NCBI GenBank assembly: GCA_040399745.1
Contig: JBBARP010000001.1
Coordinates: forward strand, 240,511 to 304,510
Direction of reading: 5' to 3'
Origin: Bdellovibrionia bacterium
GTDB taxonomy: Bacteria > Bdellovibrionota > UBA1018
Length of the DNA: 64,000 bases
In this document: positions 1-8,821 of the stretch, piece after piece
Layout of the letters: each line of letters begins with the position of its first letter
How positions within the stretch are numbered: the stretch's first letter is position 1
Program-made: the position numbers and the translations under genes
Notes under the pieces: generated by a model
What the model was told of the DNA's origin: nothing
The model's input: the letters and a program-made list of their open reading frames with translations, nothing else
Database searches by the model: none

Positions 1-1
1 C

Positions 2-985
2 CGTCCCGACGCGCTTCAAGCTTTGGCCAAGGAAGCTCAAGGGAAATACTGGCAAGCCAGCCTGAGCGAATCGGAGCTCGAGAGTATTCTCTCTGAGATC
101 AATTCAGCCAATCGCCGCGAGCTGAACGAGCGGAAGATCATCATTCGTCAGGAGCGCTTCCTCTACCCTCTGGCTTTGGCCATCTTGTTTTATGTTCTTC
201 ACCTCGCCTTGCCGGTCCGGGGTCAGCCCCGAGGGGTTCATGGCGTGGCGCTCTTTTGGGTGGCAGCACTTCTGGGGATAACCACTGGCCTACCGAAAGC
301 CCAGGCCAGCGAAGCGCGCCCGAGCACCCGAGCTTATTTTCATAATGAGCGAGGAGTTCGGGCGGCAAAAAAAGGAGACTGGGCGGCTGCTCGCAGGGAG
401 CTTGGAACCGCTCAAGCGCTTCAACCCGATTCCACGGTCTCTCGGTACAATCAGGGAACGCTTCACCTTCAGCAGGGTGAACCCGATCGCGGAGTGACGG
501 CCTTAGAGAAGGCAGCTCGCGATTCCGAGAACGCGCAGGATCCAAAGCTTTCAGGCCTGGCCTGGTTCAATGCGGGCGTGGGAAACGCAGCTCAGGAGAA
601 AAAAGATCCGGCAGTCGCAGCCTACGCTCAAGCCATCCGCCAGGCCCAGCTGGCCGGCGATTCTCAGCTCGAGGAAGACGCTCGGAACAACCTGATTCAG
701 TTGATCTTGGTTTCGAAAGAGAAAGGCGAGGGTAAGGATTCGAAAGAAAAGGACCCCTCGCAAAAAGAGCCAGGCGGCAAAGGCCAGTCGGGTGAGTCAG
801 AGCCAGATAAGAAGGATTCCAAGCTTGAGGATCCCTCGCAGAGTCGCAGAAAGTACAAGCCCACGAAGCTGACGGCAGAAGATGCACAGAAAGTTCTGGA
901 GGAACTGGCTCGTAAAGAACAGGAACTTCAGGGCAAAGTTCACCGCAGGAAGCAGGGGCAGCCAGATTTGGACAAGGATTGGTGA
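2..985 (+). CDS. BatB/BatC-like fusion (end of VWA domain, TM, TPR, KDW tail); 5' end outside the window
   Basis: Frame open from base 2. QERFLYPL plus TM segment, TPR repeats (YNQG, WFNAG), charged linker and C-terminal KDW typical of BatC; precedes BatD. Confidence 0.75.
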   Translation, partial: RPDALQALAKEAQGKYWQASLSESELESILSEINSANRRELNERKIIIRQERFLYPLALAILFYVLHLALPVRGQPRGVHGVALFWVAALLGITTGLPKAQASEARPSTRAYFHNERGVRAAKKGDWAAARRELGTAQALQPDSTVSRYNQGTLHLQQGEPDRGVTALEKAARDSENAQDPKLSGLAWFNAGVGNAAQEKKDPAVAAYAQAIRQAQLAGDSQLEEDARNNLIQLILVSKEKGEGKDSKEKDPSQKEPGGKGQSGESEPDKKDSKLEDPSQSRRKYKPTKLTAEDAQKVLEELARKEQELQGKVHRRKQGQPDLDKDW

Positions 986-2979
986 GGCAAGTGGGGAAAA
1001 ATCAGGACACCGAAAAATCAAACAAACGGGAAGGGTGGGGCGGTCGCTTCCACTTCTCGCTCCCCTTCAGGCTTTTTCTGGTCCCTCTTTTGGTCGCGCA
1101 TTCGGCTCAAGCAGCACCCCAGTTCTCTGCCGCGGTAGAATCTCAGGAAGTCGCGCAGGACGAGTCCGTGACTTTGAAACTGACCGTTCGACTGGATGGC
1201 TCAGGCGAGCCGGACAGTGCGCCACGCTTTGAGGCGAAAGACTTCACCCTGGTCAATGAGTTCTCGGAAGCTCCCTATATGGAGGCGGTCGCGGATGGAT
1301 CGACCTACCGAACCACGCAGACCCTGACTTATGTTCGGGTGCTTCAGCCAAAGAAAATGGGCACTTTGACCATCGGCGGCCTGAGCGTCCGAGTCGAAGG
1401 TCAGGTTTTGACTGCTCCGACGCTCAAGATTCAGGTCGGTCCTGGGGGAAGCGCCACCGAGCCCCCGTCAGGTTACGGCGGCGGCGGGATGGGGCTCAGA
1501 GGCGCGGCTAAGAACACCGCACTTTCGGGTGGCTTCAAGCTTCGGGCGGAAGTGGATCAATCCCAAGTTTTTAAGGGCGAGCCCTTGATTGCGAGCTTTT
1601 ACCTCTATGCCCGGGGAGGACTCGACGGACCTGAAGTCTCGAAGTACCCCGCCTTTTCAGACTTCCTTCGCGAAGATCTGGAGATGCCGATCCTGAACCC
1701 CGGCGTAATGCAGGGCGAACAAGTGGTTTTAGATGGAGTCGTTTTCACGCGTTATTTATTGGCTCGCTACCAGTTGATCCCAGTGAAAACGGGGAAGCTC
1801 GTGGTGGATTCCATGACCATGAAGGCCAATTACCGGCCTCGGATTCAGGACCTGTCAGGGGAAGACGCCATTCAGATGGCCTATCAAATGATGATGCCCC
1901 GAGCTGGCGTGAGCTCAAGCGATCCGATCACGATCGAAGTATTGCCTGTGCCGACGGCAGGACGGCCTGAGTCGTTTTCGGGCGGTATCGGGAATTTCGA
2001 GATTTCAGCATCGGCAGATCGCGCAAGTCTTCGCCAAGGCGAGAGCTTTCGCTACACGGTGCGGGTGCAAGGTAAAGGCGACCTGAGCTCGATTCAAGCG
2101 CCGGTGTTGAAACTGCCTGAAGGCTTGGAAAAGTACGAAACCCAGGTTCAAGTCCGCGGCGGCAAAGGCGGCCCGGGCGAGAAAGTGTTTGAAACCCTGA
2201 TTCTTGCGAAGAAGGCGGGGCGGTGGACGCTTCCAGCGATCGAGTTTTCGGCCTTTGATCCGTCACGGCGTACTTTCAGCAAACAAAGCGCTACGGAACT
2301 GACTTTAGAGGTGCTCCCAGGCCAGGGAGGGGCTCAAGAGGACGAACCGTTGAAGTTGGGTCAGACTCCCCAGCAAGAGTCGGCAACTGCGGCACCGGGA
2401 GCGTCGGCGACTGGAACGGGAGAGGTGGCTGCGGCAGACCGCTCTCAGCGTTGGAAAGGCTGGATGGGTGCCGGCTGGGCGGACCGCCTGTCGGTGGTCC
2501 TTGCGAGTGTGGGTTTTGGAGCAGGCCTCTGGATTTTCGGCTGGGCGCCCTTGCGGCAGCGCGGCCGAAGCTGGGTTCAAACCCGTCGGGAAAAGCGGCA
2601 AGGTCGCAAGGCCTCGCGCAGGTGGAAGCGAATCGAAAAAGGGGCGGGCAGCGCGCTGCAGTCCCGGTCGGCACCGTTTTCGGAAGTGGTCGAAGTGTAT
2701 GAGCAGCTTTCGGGTGTTCTGTTTGACGCCCTCGATGCGCGTTATGGGCTGGGAGCCCGATCGCGTCCGCGACAAGAGCTCGGTGGGCTTCTCCAAGCCG
2801 ACCACGGCATGGCGCCTGGGCTTTGGGTGCGGGTGGACAGCCTCTTGGAGTACGCCGAGACCGTTCGTTACGCTGCGGGCAGTGGGGCCGTGAGTGAGTT
2901 AGAGGCCCGTCAGGAGCTGCCGCGCTGGGTGGCGGAAGCGCGGGTTCTGGAGAGCCTTTTGGAAGCCTCGAGCGCGTGA
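982..2979 (+). CDS. batD: BatD family protein
   Basis: Signal peptide (AQA), repeated beta-sandwich segments, PESFSGGIGNF motif, late TM helix; GTGA overlap with upstream stop. Start uncertain (979 or 982). Confidence 0.8.
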   Translation: MRQVGKNQDTEKSNKREGWGGRFHFSLPFRLFLVPLLVAHSAQAAPQFSAAVESQEVAQDESVTLKLTVRLDGSGEPDSAPRFEAKDFTLVNEFSEAPYMEAVADGSTYRTTQTLTYVRVLQPKKMGTLTIGGLSVRVEGQVLTAPTLKIQVGPGGSATEPPSGYGGGGMGLRGAAKNTALSGGFKLRAEVDQSQVFKGEPLIASFYLYARGGLDGPEVSKYPAFSDFLREDLEMPILNPGVMQGEQVVLDGVVFTRYLLARYQLIPVKTGKLVVDSMTMKANYRPRIQDLSGEDAIQMAYQMMMPRAGVSSSDPITIEVLPVPTAGRPESFSGGIGNFEISASADRASLRQGESFRYTVRVQGKGDLSSIQAPVLKLPEGLEKYETQVQVRGGKGGPGEKVFETLILAKKAGRWTLPAIEFSAFDPSRRTFSKQSATELTLEVLPGQGGAQEDEPLKLGQTPQQESATAAPGASATGTGEVAAADRSQRWKGWMGAGWADRLSVVLASVGFGAGLWIFGWAPLRQRGRSWVQTRREKRQGRKASRRWKRIEKGAGSALQSRSAPFSEVVEVYEQLSGVLFDALDARYGLGARSRPRQELGGLLQADHGMAPGLWVRVDSLLEYAETVRYAAGSGAVSELEARQELPRWVAEARVLESLLEASSA

Positions 2980-3054
2980 TTTTTCCCTAAAAAAGGGGTA
3001 GGGTTTCCTTCGGGGTCGGCATTGAGTCCGCCCCATTTAACGAAAGGAAAACCC

Positions 3055-5256
3055 ATGCGTAATGAGATCATCCGCGACCTCGTGTCCCGGAGTCCCCGGA
3101 AATTTGACCCGCCCCGAGATGAGCAGGGTCGTCGTCTGAAGGTGTCTGAGTTCTACGGAATGAACACCTTCGACCTTCACCAAATGCGCGAGAAACTCCC
3201 AAAGGATGTTTTCTCGAAGCTGCAACAAACCATCGAGACCGGTCGGAAGCTCGATGCAGAAGTGGCTAACACCGTTGCCCACGCCATCAAAGAATGGGCG
3301 ATTTCACGCGGCGTCTCGCACTTCACTCACTGGTTTCAGCCGCAGACGGGCTCGACCGCCGAGAAGCACGAAGCTTTCATCAACTTCGACGATCACAAAC
3401 GAGTGATCGAGAAGTTTACCGGTGCTCAGCTCATTCAATCCGAGCCGGATGCTTCGAGTTTTCCCTCGGGCGGAATGCGCACCACTTTTGAGGCCCGCGG
3501 CTACACGGCCTGGGACCCCACTTCACCCGTCTTCATCATGGAAGGTGCGGGCACGAAAACGCTTTGCGTGCCTTCGGTCTTCATCAGCTACCACGGCGAT
3601 GCGCTGGACGAGAAAACCGCACTCCTTCGTTCGATGGAAGCTTTGTCGACCCAAGCATCATTGCTCCTTCAGAAGATCGGCCTTTCTCCGCGCCGAGTGA
3701 TTCCTACTTTGGGTGTAGAACAAGAGTACTTCCTGATTGATCGCGCGTTTTCTCAGCTTCGTCCGGATTTGATCATGACGGGTAGAACGCTGGTGGGCGG
3801 ACAGCCTCCGAAAGGTCAGCAGCTGGAAGATCACTACTTCGGTTCGATTCCTGCGCGCGTGCAGGGCTTCATGGCCGAAATGGAGCATGAGCTTTATAAG
3901 CTCGGTGTTCCGGTCAAAGCACGTCACAACGAAGTGGCGCCTTCTCAGTACGAGACGGCTCCGATTTTCGAAGAAGCCAACATCGCGACCGATCACAATC
4001 AACTGGTCATGGAAGTGCTCAGAAAAGTAGCGCTTCGCCATCAGTTCTCGGTACTCCTGCACGAGAAGCCCTTTGCTGGCGTGAATGGTTCGGGAAAACA
4101 CAATAACTGGTCACTCATGATCTCGGCTCCGGGTACCGACATCGACGGCGAAAACCTGCTCGACCCAGGTAAAACGCCCCACGAGAACATCCGCTTCCTT
4201 CTTTGCTTGGCGGCAGTTCTCAAAGGTGTGCACACCCACGCAGGACTTCTGCGCGCGGGCATTGCGTCTGCTGGGAATGATCATCGCTTGGGCGCAAACG
4301 AAGCTCCTCCGGCCATCATTTCGGTGTTTCTCGGAAACTTGCTCGACCGCATCTTGAACGAGATCGAATCGGGCAATTTCGGAGGCCAAGGCGCCGAGGC
4401 TGCTGTGATTCGATTGGGAGTTTCCAAGATCCCAGAAGTGATGAAAGACAACACGGACCGCAATCGAACGAGTCCGTTTGCTTTTACCGGCAACAAATTC
4501 GAGTTCCGTGCTGTGGGTTCGTCGGCATCCGTGGCGTTCCCGGTCACCTTGGTCAATGCGGCTGCAGCCGATGGCTTTGAGCAAGTGACGAAGCTTCTTC
4601 AATCGAAGCTGGATTCCGGGAAGCGCTTGGATGAAGCCTGCCTGGAAACGGTTCGCGAAGTGGTGATAGCCACCAAAGCCATTCGGTTTGAAGGCAATAA
4701 CTACTCAGAAGAGTGGGTTATTGAGGCCGAAAAACGCGGCCTCCTGAACCTGCGAAAAACGCCGGAAGCTTTGGAACAGCTGGTTTCGAAGTCGGCGACC
4801 GAGATGCTCCCACGCCTGGGTATCTTCACGGCCGCAGAACTTCAGTCGCGCTACCATGTGCGTTTGGAGCGCTACATCAAGAACCTGTTGATCGAAGTCG
4901 ATACGCTGCGCTCGATGGTCGATACGCAGATTCAATCGGCTTGTTTTGAGTACCACGGAGTTTTGATGACCCAAGTGGCCCAAGCGAAAGCTTTGGGAAT
5001 GTGGGCGCCTCAGCTTCGCTTGGCCGAGCGCATGGGCGGACTCCTCGAAGCTCTTCAGCAGCGTCGCGACGCCCTGGAAGCGGCGATGAAGAAGTTCGAC
5101 GACACTTCAGGTGAGTCGGAAAAAGCCGTGCTTTTGGCAGGGCCGGTATCCGAAGCGATGCTTGAAGTTCGCGGAGTTTGTGACGAGCTCGAATCCATCA
5201 TGGATGACTCGCGCTGGCCGCTTCCGAAGTACCGCGAAATGCTGTTCTTGGCCTAA
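3055..5256 (+). CDS. glnN: Glutamine synthetase type III
   Basis: HFTHWFQP, AEKH, EPDASSFP, HNEVAP, NGSGKHNNWS, RLGANEAPP, DRNRTSPFAF, WPLPKY; SD AAAGGA before ATG 3055. Confidence 0.95.
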   Translation: MRNEIIRDLVSRSPRKFDPPRDEQGRRLKVSEFYGMNTFDLHQMREKLPKDVFSKLQQTIETGRKLDAEVANTVAHAIKEWAISRGVSHFTHWFQPQTGSTAEKHEAFINFDDHKRVIEKFTGAQLIQSEPDASSFPSGGMRTTFEARGYTAWDPTSPVFIMEGAGTKTLCVPSVFISYHGDALDEKTALLRSMEALSTQASLLLQKIGLSPRRVIPTLGVEQEYFLIDRAFSQLRPDLIMTGRTLVGGQPPKGQQLEDHYFGSIPARVQGFMAEMEHELYKLGVPVKARHNEVAPSQYETAPIFEEANIATDHNQLVMEVLRKVALRHQFSVLLHEKPFAGVNGSGKHNNWSLMISAPGTDIDGENLLDPGKTPHENIRFLLCLAAVLKGVHTHAGLLRAGIASAGNDHRLGANEAPPAIISVFLGNLLDRILNEIESGNFGGQGAEAAVIRLGVSKIPEVMKDNTDRNRTSPFAFTGNKFEFRAVGSSASVAFPVTLVNAAAADGFEQVTKLLQSKLDSGKRLDEACLETVREVVIATKAIRFEGNNYSEEWVIEAEKRGLLNLRKTPEALEQLVSKSATEMLPRLGIFTAAELQSRYHVRLERYIKNLLIEVDTLRSMVDTQIQSACFEYHGVLMTQVAQAKALGMWAPQLRLAERMGGLLEALQQRRDALEAAMKKFDDTSGESEKAVLLAGPVSEAMLEVRGVCDELESIMDDSRWPLPKYREMLFLA

Positions 5257-5257
5257 G

Positions 5258-6643
5258 TCAGCTGGAGAGCGGCGCAAATCGCGCCGTGAACTGACGAAGA
5301 ACCGGTGGCTCGTGAAGGATGCGCATTCCGCGAAGCGCTTCCTTCCGGGCCACCACGCTTTCCATGCCCTCGAGAACGTAGTCGAAGTGGCTCTGCGTGT
5401 AGCAGCGTCGCGGAAAAGCGAGTCGCACCAGGTCCATTGCGGCAGGAACGAAGCGTCCTTCTGGATCACGCTTTCCTAGGCTCGCCGATCCCACTTCCAC
5501 CGTACGCACGCCGTCGTTCAGGTAGATTTCGATCGCTAAGCTTTGACCGGGGAAATGCTCAGGGGCGATGTGCGGCAGGAAGCGTCGAGCGTCGATGAAA
5601 ACGGCGTGGCCGCCGGTGGGTCGCACCACCGGGATGCCGAGCTTTTCCAGACCTTGGGCCATGTACTGGGTCGTGGCCACACGGTAACGCAAGTACTCGG
5701 GGTCGAGCGCTTCTTCCAGGCCCACTCCCATGGCTTCCAAATCCCGAGCGGCAAGGCCGCCGTAAGTGGGGAAGCCTTCGGTCATGATCAGTGAGCTTCG
5801 AAGGTCGTCGATCCACGAGCCTGCTTTCAGCGCGATGAATCCGCCCATGTTCACCAGGGCGTCTTTTTTACCGCTCATCAGCATGCCGTCAGCCAGGGAG
5901 AAAACTTCTTGGGCGATTTCGCGTGGTGTGCGGCCCGATTGTCCGGGTTCGCGGGCATGGATGAACCAGCAGTTCTCAGCGTAGCGACAGGCGTCCAGGA
6001 TGAAGGGAATGCCGTGCTTTCGGTAAATGGCGGAGACGGCGCGCAAGTTCTCGAGCGAGACGGGTTGCCCCCCGCCCGAGTTATTCGTCAGCGTGGCCAT
6101 CCCCACCGGGATGGAACCGCGATTTTCTTCGCAGAAACGCTCCAAGCGCGCGACGTCGATATTGCCCTTAAACGGGTGGTCGCTTGCGGGGTCAAGGCCT
6201 TCGGCGATGACGAGATCGACCGTTTTGCCGCCGCAGTGTTCGATATTGGCGCGAGTCGTGTCGAAGTGGTTATTCGAAGGAACGACGTGGCCTGGGCGAA
6301 TGATTTGACCAAAAAGGAGGCGCTCGGAAGCGCGGCCTTGGTGAGTGGGGATGACGTGCTGGTAACCCGTCAGCGACTGAACCACCTCGCGAAACCGGAA
6401 GAAGCTCGACGAACCCGCGTAGCTTTCATCGGCTCGCATCATGGCGGACCATTGATTCGTACTCATGGCCGTCGTGCCGGAATCGGTCAGAAAATCAAAA
6501 GTGACGAATTCGGATGGCACTTGAAACAGGTTGTAGCCTGCCTCACGGATGACTCGTTCCCGCGTCTCGCGGTCATGGAGCTGAAGGGGCTCCACCATCT
6601 TGATCTTAAAAGGTTCGATGATGGTTCGGGTCGAGCGGCTCAT
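5258..6643 (-). CDS. tnaA: Tryptophanase-like PLP beta-eliminating lyase
   Basis: EPFKIKMVE, LTDSGT, YAGS, HQGR, PLP lysine motif SGKKD, PTGGHAVF, LAFPRR. Confidence 0.85.
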   Translation of the reverse strand: MSRSTRTIIEPFKIKMVEPLQLHDRETRERVIREAGYNLFQVPSEFVTFDFLTDSGTTAMSTNQWSAMMRADESYAGSSSFFRFREVVQSLTGYQHVIPTHQGRASERLLFGQIIRPGHVVPSNNHFDTTRANIEHCGGKTVDLVIAEGLDPASDHPFKGNIDVARLERFCEENRGSIPVGMATLTNNSGGGQPVSLENLRAVSAIYRKHGIPFILDACRYAENCWFIHAREPGQSGRTPREIAQEVFSLADGMLMSGKKDALVNMGGFIALKAGSWIDDLRSSLIMTEGFPTYGGLAARDLEAMGVGLEEALDPEYLRYRVATTQYMAQGLEKLGIPVVRPTGGHAVFIDARRFLPHIAPEHFPGQSLAIEIYLNDGVRTVEVGSASLGKRDPEGRFVPAAMDLVRLAFPRRCYTQSHFDYVLEGMESVVARKEALRGMRILHEPPVLRQFTARFAPLSS

Positions 6644-7362
6644 GCGGTTCCTGCAACTTTCTTCGCGCGGCCCAGGAGCTCGCGGACTGCGGCATCATCG
6701 TCTTGCGCGCGCAGAAGTTCTGCTTCGCGCTCGGGATCAAGCGCCCGCACCGCTTCCGGCCGAAGAATATGTGTTCGGTCCGTATCGATTGACCAAGCTC
6801 CCGCCACGCGAAGCTCGGGGTTTCCGCGCGAGCGCGCAAGCTCCACCCACTGCCGAAGTTGCAGGGCATCGGCCACATTGAAGAGTTCAGGTAGGACGGG
6901 GAAGAGAACGTCGGAAGCTGCAGTCAGGCAGTTTTGAAGAAGAATGCCGTCTTGAGTGGGGGAATCGATCAAGATCCAGTCGTAGTTCGGGATGAGGGGC
7001 TCGAGAAAGCGCGCTAGGATGCGCTCGCGATCGGTCCTTCGGGCCAAGTGGTATTCGATCCCTTCAATTCCTGCTTCAGCGGGGACTAGGTCAGGGCCTG
7101 ATCCGGTCGTGACCACAAGCCGCGAGCGAAGCGTTCCCTCTTCCGAAGGACGGGACATGAAAAGCTCATCGACGGTGCCAGCCGATTCAAAGGGCGGCTC
7201 TCCGGGGACCACTTTCAGCGCGTCGGTCAGAGTGGCTTCAGGTTGAAGGTCCACCCAGAGAACTCGCTGACCGCTGCGAAAGAGGGCCAGGCCTAAGCGC
7301 TTCACGGCCTGAGCTTTTCTCGGGCCTTCCTTGAAACTGGTAACGGAAAGGGTGATCGACAT
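6640..7362 (-). CDS. ParA/Soj-family protein with degenerate Walker A
   Basis: RVLWVDLQP, DLVPA, DWILIDSP (Walker B), LTAASDVLFP; Walker A reads SFKEGPRKA instead of NQKGGVGKT. Confidence 0.75.
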   Translation of the reverse strand: MSITLSVTSFKEGPRKAQAVKRLGLALFRSGQRVLWVDLQPEATLTDALKVVPGEPPFESAGTVDELFMSRPSEEGTLRSRLVVTTGSGPDLVPAEAGIEGIEYHLARRTDRERILARFLEPLIPNYDWILIDSPTQDGILLQNCLTAASDVLFPVLPELFNVADALQLRQWVELARSRGNPELRVAGAWSIDTDRTHILRPEAVRALDPEREAELLRAQDDDAAVRELLGRAKKVAGTA

Positions 7363-7371
7363 GCTGCGTCG

Positions 7372-7400
7372 AGTTTAACGAGCTGGGGTAGAAAACACAA
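7372..7400 (-). promoter_or_regulatory. Sigma-70 promoter of the parA-like/tnaA operon
   Basis: TTGTGT-N17-TAAACT on minus strand, 9 nt before ATG 7362; no SD. Confidence 0.6.
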
Positions 7401-7460
7401 TCATTGCCGCAAGTCCCGTTGCAGCCGCCCGTGCCTCGGGGCTAGCCTAGTAGAATGGGA

Positions 7461-7814
7461 ATGATGGCACCAATCGCCGAACACCTTCGCCAAGCCTACG
7501 CCCGGCGAGTCCAGGAGCGTTCCTGGCTGGGACAGGTGCTTCGCAAGCTCAGGCGTTTTTGGCTGGGTACTTTCTTTCCTGAAAAGATTGAGAAATCGGT
7601 CGCCGAGCGCCAAGGCGACTGCCACCGGTGCGGCCTGTGCTGTGAACTGGTTTATCGCTGCCCATTTCTGGGGCGCGACAGTCAGAACCTGCCTTACTGC
7701 AGAATTTACGGGGACTTGCGGCCGGCCAATTGCCGAAACTATCCATTTGACGCCGTCGACTCAGAAATCGATACCTGCGGGTACACATTCGATTCTAAGC
7801 CCGGAAAGCAGTGA
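7461..7814 (+). CDS. YkgJ-like cysteine-cluster (Fe-S/Zn) protein
   Basis: CHRCGLCC, CPFL, CRIY..RP..CR.YP pattern; TAGAAT at 7451-7456 just upstream; stop overlaps ribF start. Confidence 0.75.
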   Translation: MMAPIAEHLRQAYARRVQERSWLGQVLRKLRRFWLGTFFPEKIEKSVAERQGDCHRCGLCCELVYRCPFLGRDSQNLPYCRIYGDLRPANCRNYPFDAVDSEIDTCGYTFDSKPGKQ

Positions 7815-8749
7815 TGAACCCTTTGAGACTCAGTTCCCCGGTCATTCTGACCCTTGGCAATTTTGATGGCGTGCACTTGGGGCACCGGCAGATTCTAGAC
7901 CTCGTGGTGGGAAAAGCCCGCTCCCAGGGCGGTTCGGCCGTGGCGATGACCTTTCGTCCGCACCCCCAGTTGGCGCTCCGGCCTGGGACAAAGCTGCCGC
8001 TTCTTTCCACCTATGAAGAGCGGGCACGCTTGATTCGCTCCTCGGGTGTCGATGCTTTGATCGAGGAGCCGTTTTCGCGCGAGCTTTCGAACACCCCGCC
8101 TCGGGAGTTTTTTAACGAAATCGTACTTCGTAGGCTCTCGGCCCGCGAACTGGTGGTGGGCTATGACTTCGCTTTTGGGCGTGGCCGAGAAGGTAGCCTG
8201 GAAGTGATGCAGGAGCTTTGCGACGCCGCTGGGGTGACGCTGACGATTGTCCCTCCCTTCAAAGTAGAAGGGGAAGTGGCCTCGAGTTCTCGGATCCGCG
8301 CCCTGCTTCTCGGTGGCCACGTGGAAGAAGCCACTCGCCTGCTAGGCCATGAGTTCTTCTATCAAGGGGTGATTGAGCGGGGTGAGCAGCGCGGGCGAAA
8401 GCTCGGGTTTCCCACGGCCAATCTTCGGCCCAGAGACGGGAAGCTCGTTCTGCCTTACGGGGTTTACGCCACCTGGGCGGTCCTGGAAGACGGTCAGCGT
8501 TTGCCGTCGGTGACGAATCTGGGTGTTCGCCCGACGTTCATTGCGCAAGCTGCCGAGGGTGAGGAACAAGTGCCTGTCATTTCCGAGACTCACATCCTCG
8601 ATCAGAAAATCGATCTGTACGGTCGCACGCTCGAGGTTCGTTTCGTTGCGCGCTTGCGTGAGGAGCGAAAATTTTCTGGGCTTGAAGCTTTGCGGAATCA
8701 AATCGAGACGGACGTTCAGGAAGCTCGAAAGGCACTGGGACTGGGCTGA
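7811..8749 (+). CDS. ribF: Bifunctional riboflavin kinase/FAD synthetase
   Basis: GNFDGVHLGH, VVGYDFAFG, ASSSRIR, GRKLGFPTAN, SETHILD. Confidence 0.97.
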   Translation: MMNPLRLSSPVILTLGNFDGVHLGHRQILDLVVGKARSQGGSAVAMTFRPHPQLALRPGTKLPLLSTYEERARLIRSSGVDALIEEPFSRELSNTPPREFFNEIVLRRLSARELVVGYDFAFGRGREGSLEVMQELCDAAGVTLTIVPPFKVEGEVASSSRIRALLLGGHVEEATRLLGHEFFYQGVIERGEQRGRKLGFPTANLRPRDGKLVLPYGVYATWAVLEDGQRLPSVTNLGVRPTFIAQAAEGEEQVPVISETHILDQKIDLYGRTLEVRFVARLREERKFSGLEALRNQIETDVQEARKALGLG

Positions 8750-8821
8750 TTTTGCCGGCTTTTTCCGTCAAAACCCTGCCTCGTTGACGCTTTCTCAAGC
8801 GGGCTCGAAACTGGAAGTCAG

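Noticed and set aside
2980-3054. Glutamine (glnA) riboswitch upstream of glnN
   Set aside because: The three-way-junction consensus is not recognisable; only simple hairpins are present.
5258-6643. Tyrosine phenol-lyase call
   Set aside because: It lacks the TPL Thr124 and Arg381 equivalents, despite the SGKKD motif.
5909-6937. Long alternative ORFs in the track (e.g. 5909-6937, 28772-30013, 34757-35608, 49329-50099, 52768-53652, 63191-63997)
   Set aside because: They are antisense shadows of well-supported genes, expected in GC-rich DNA, with no motifs or RBS.
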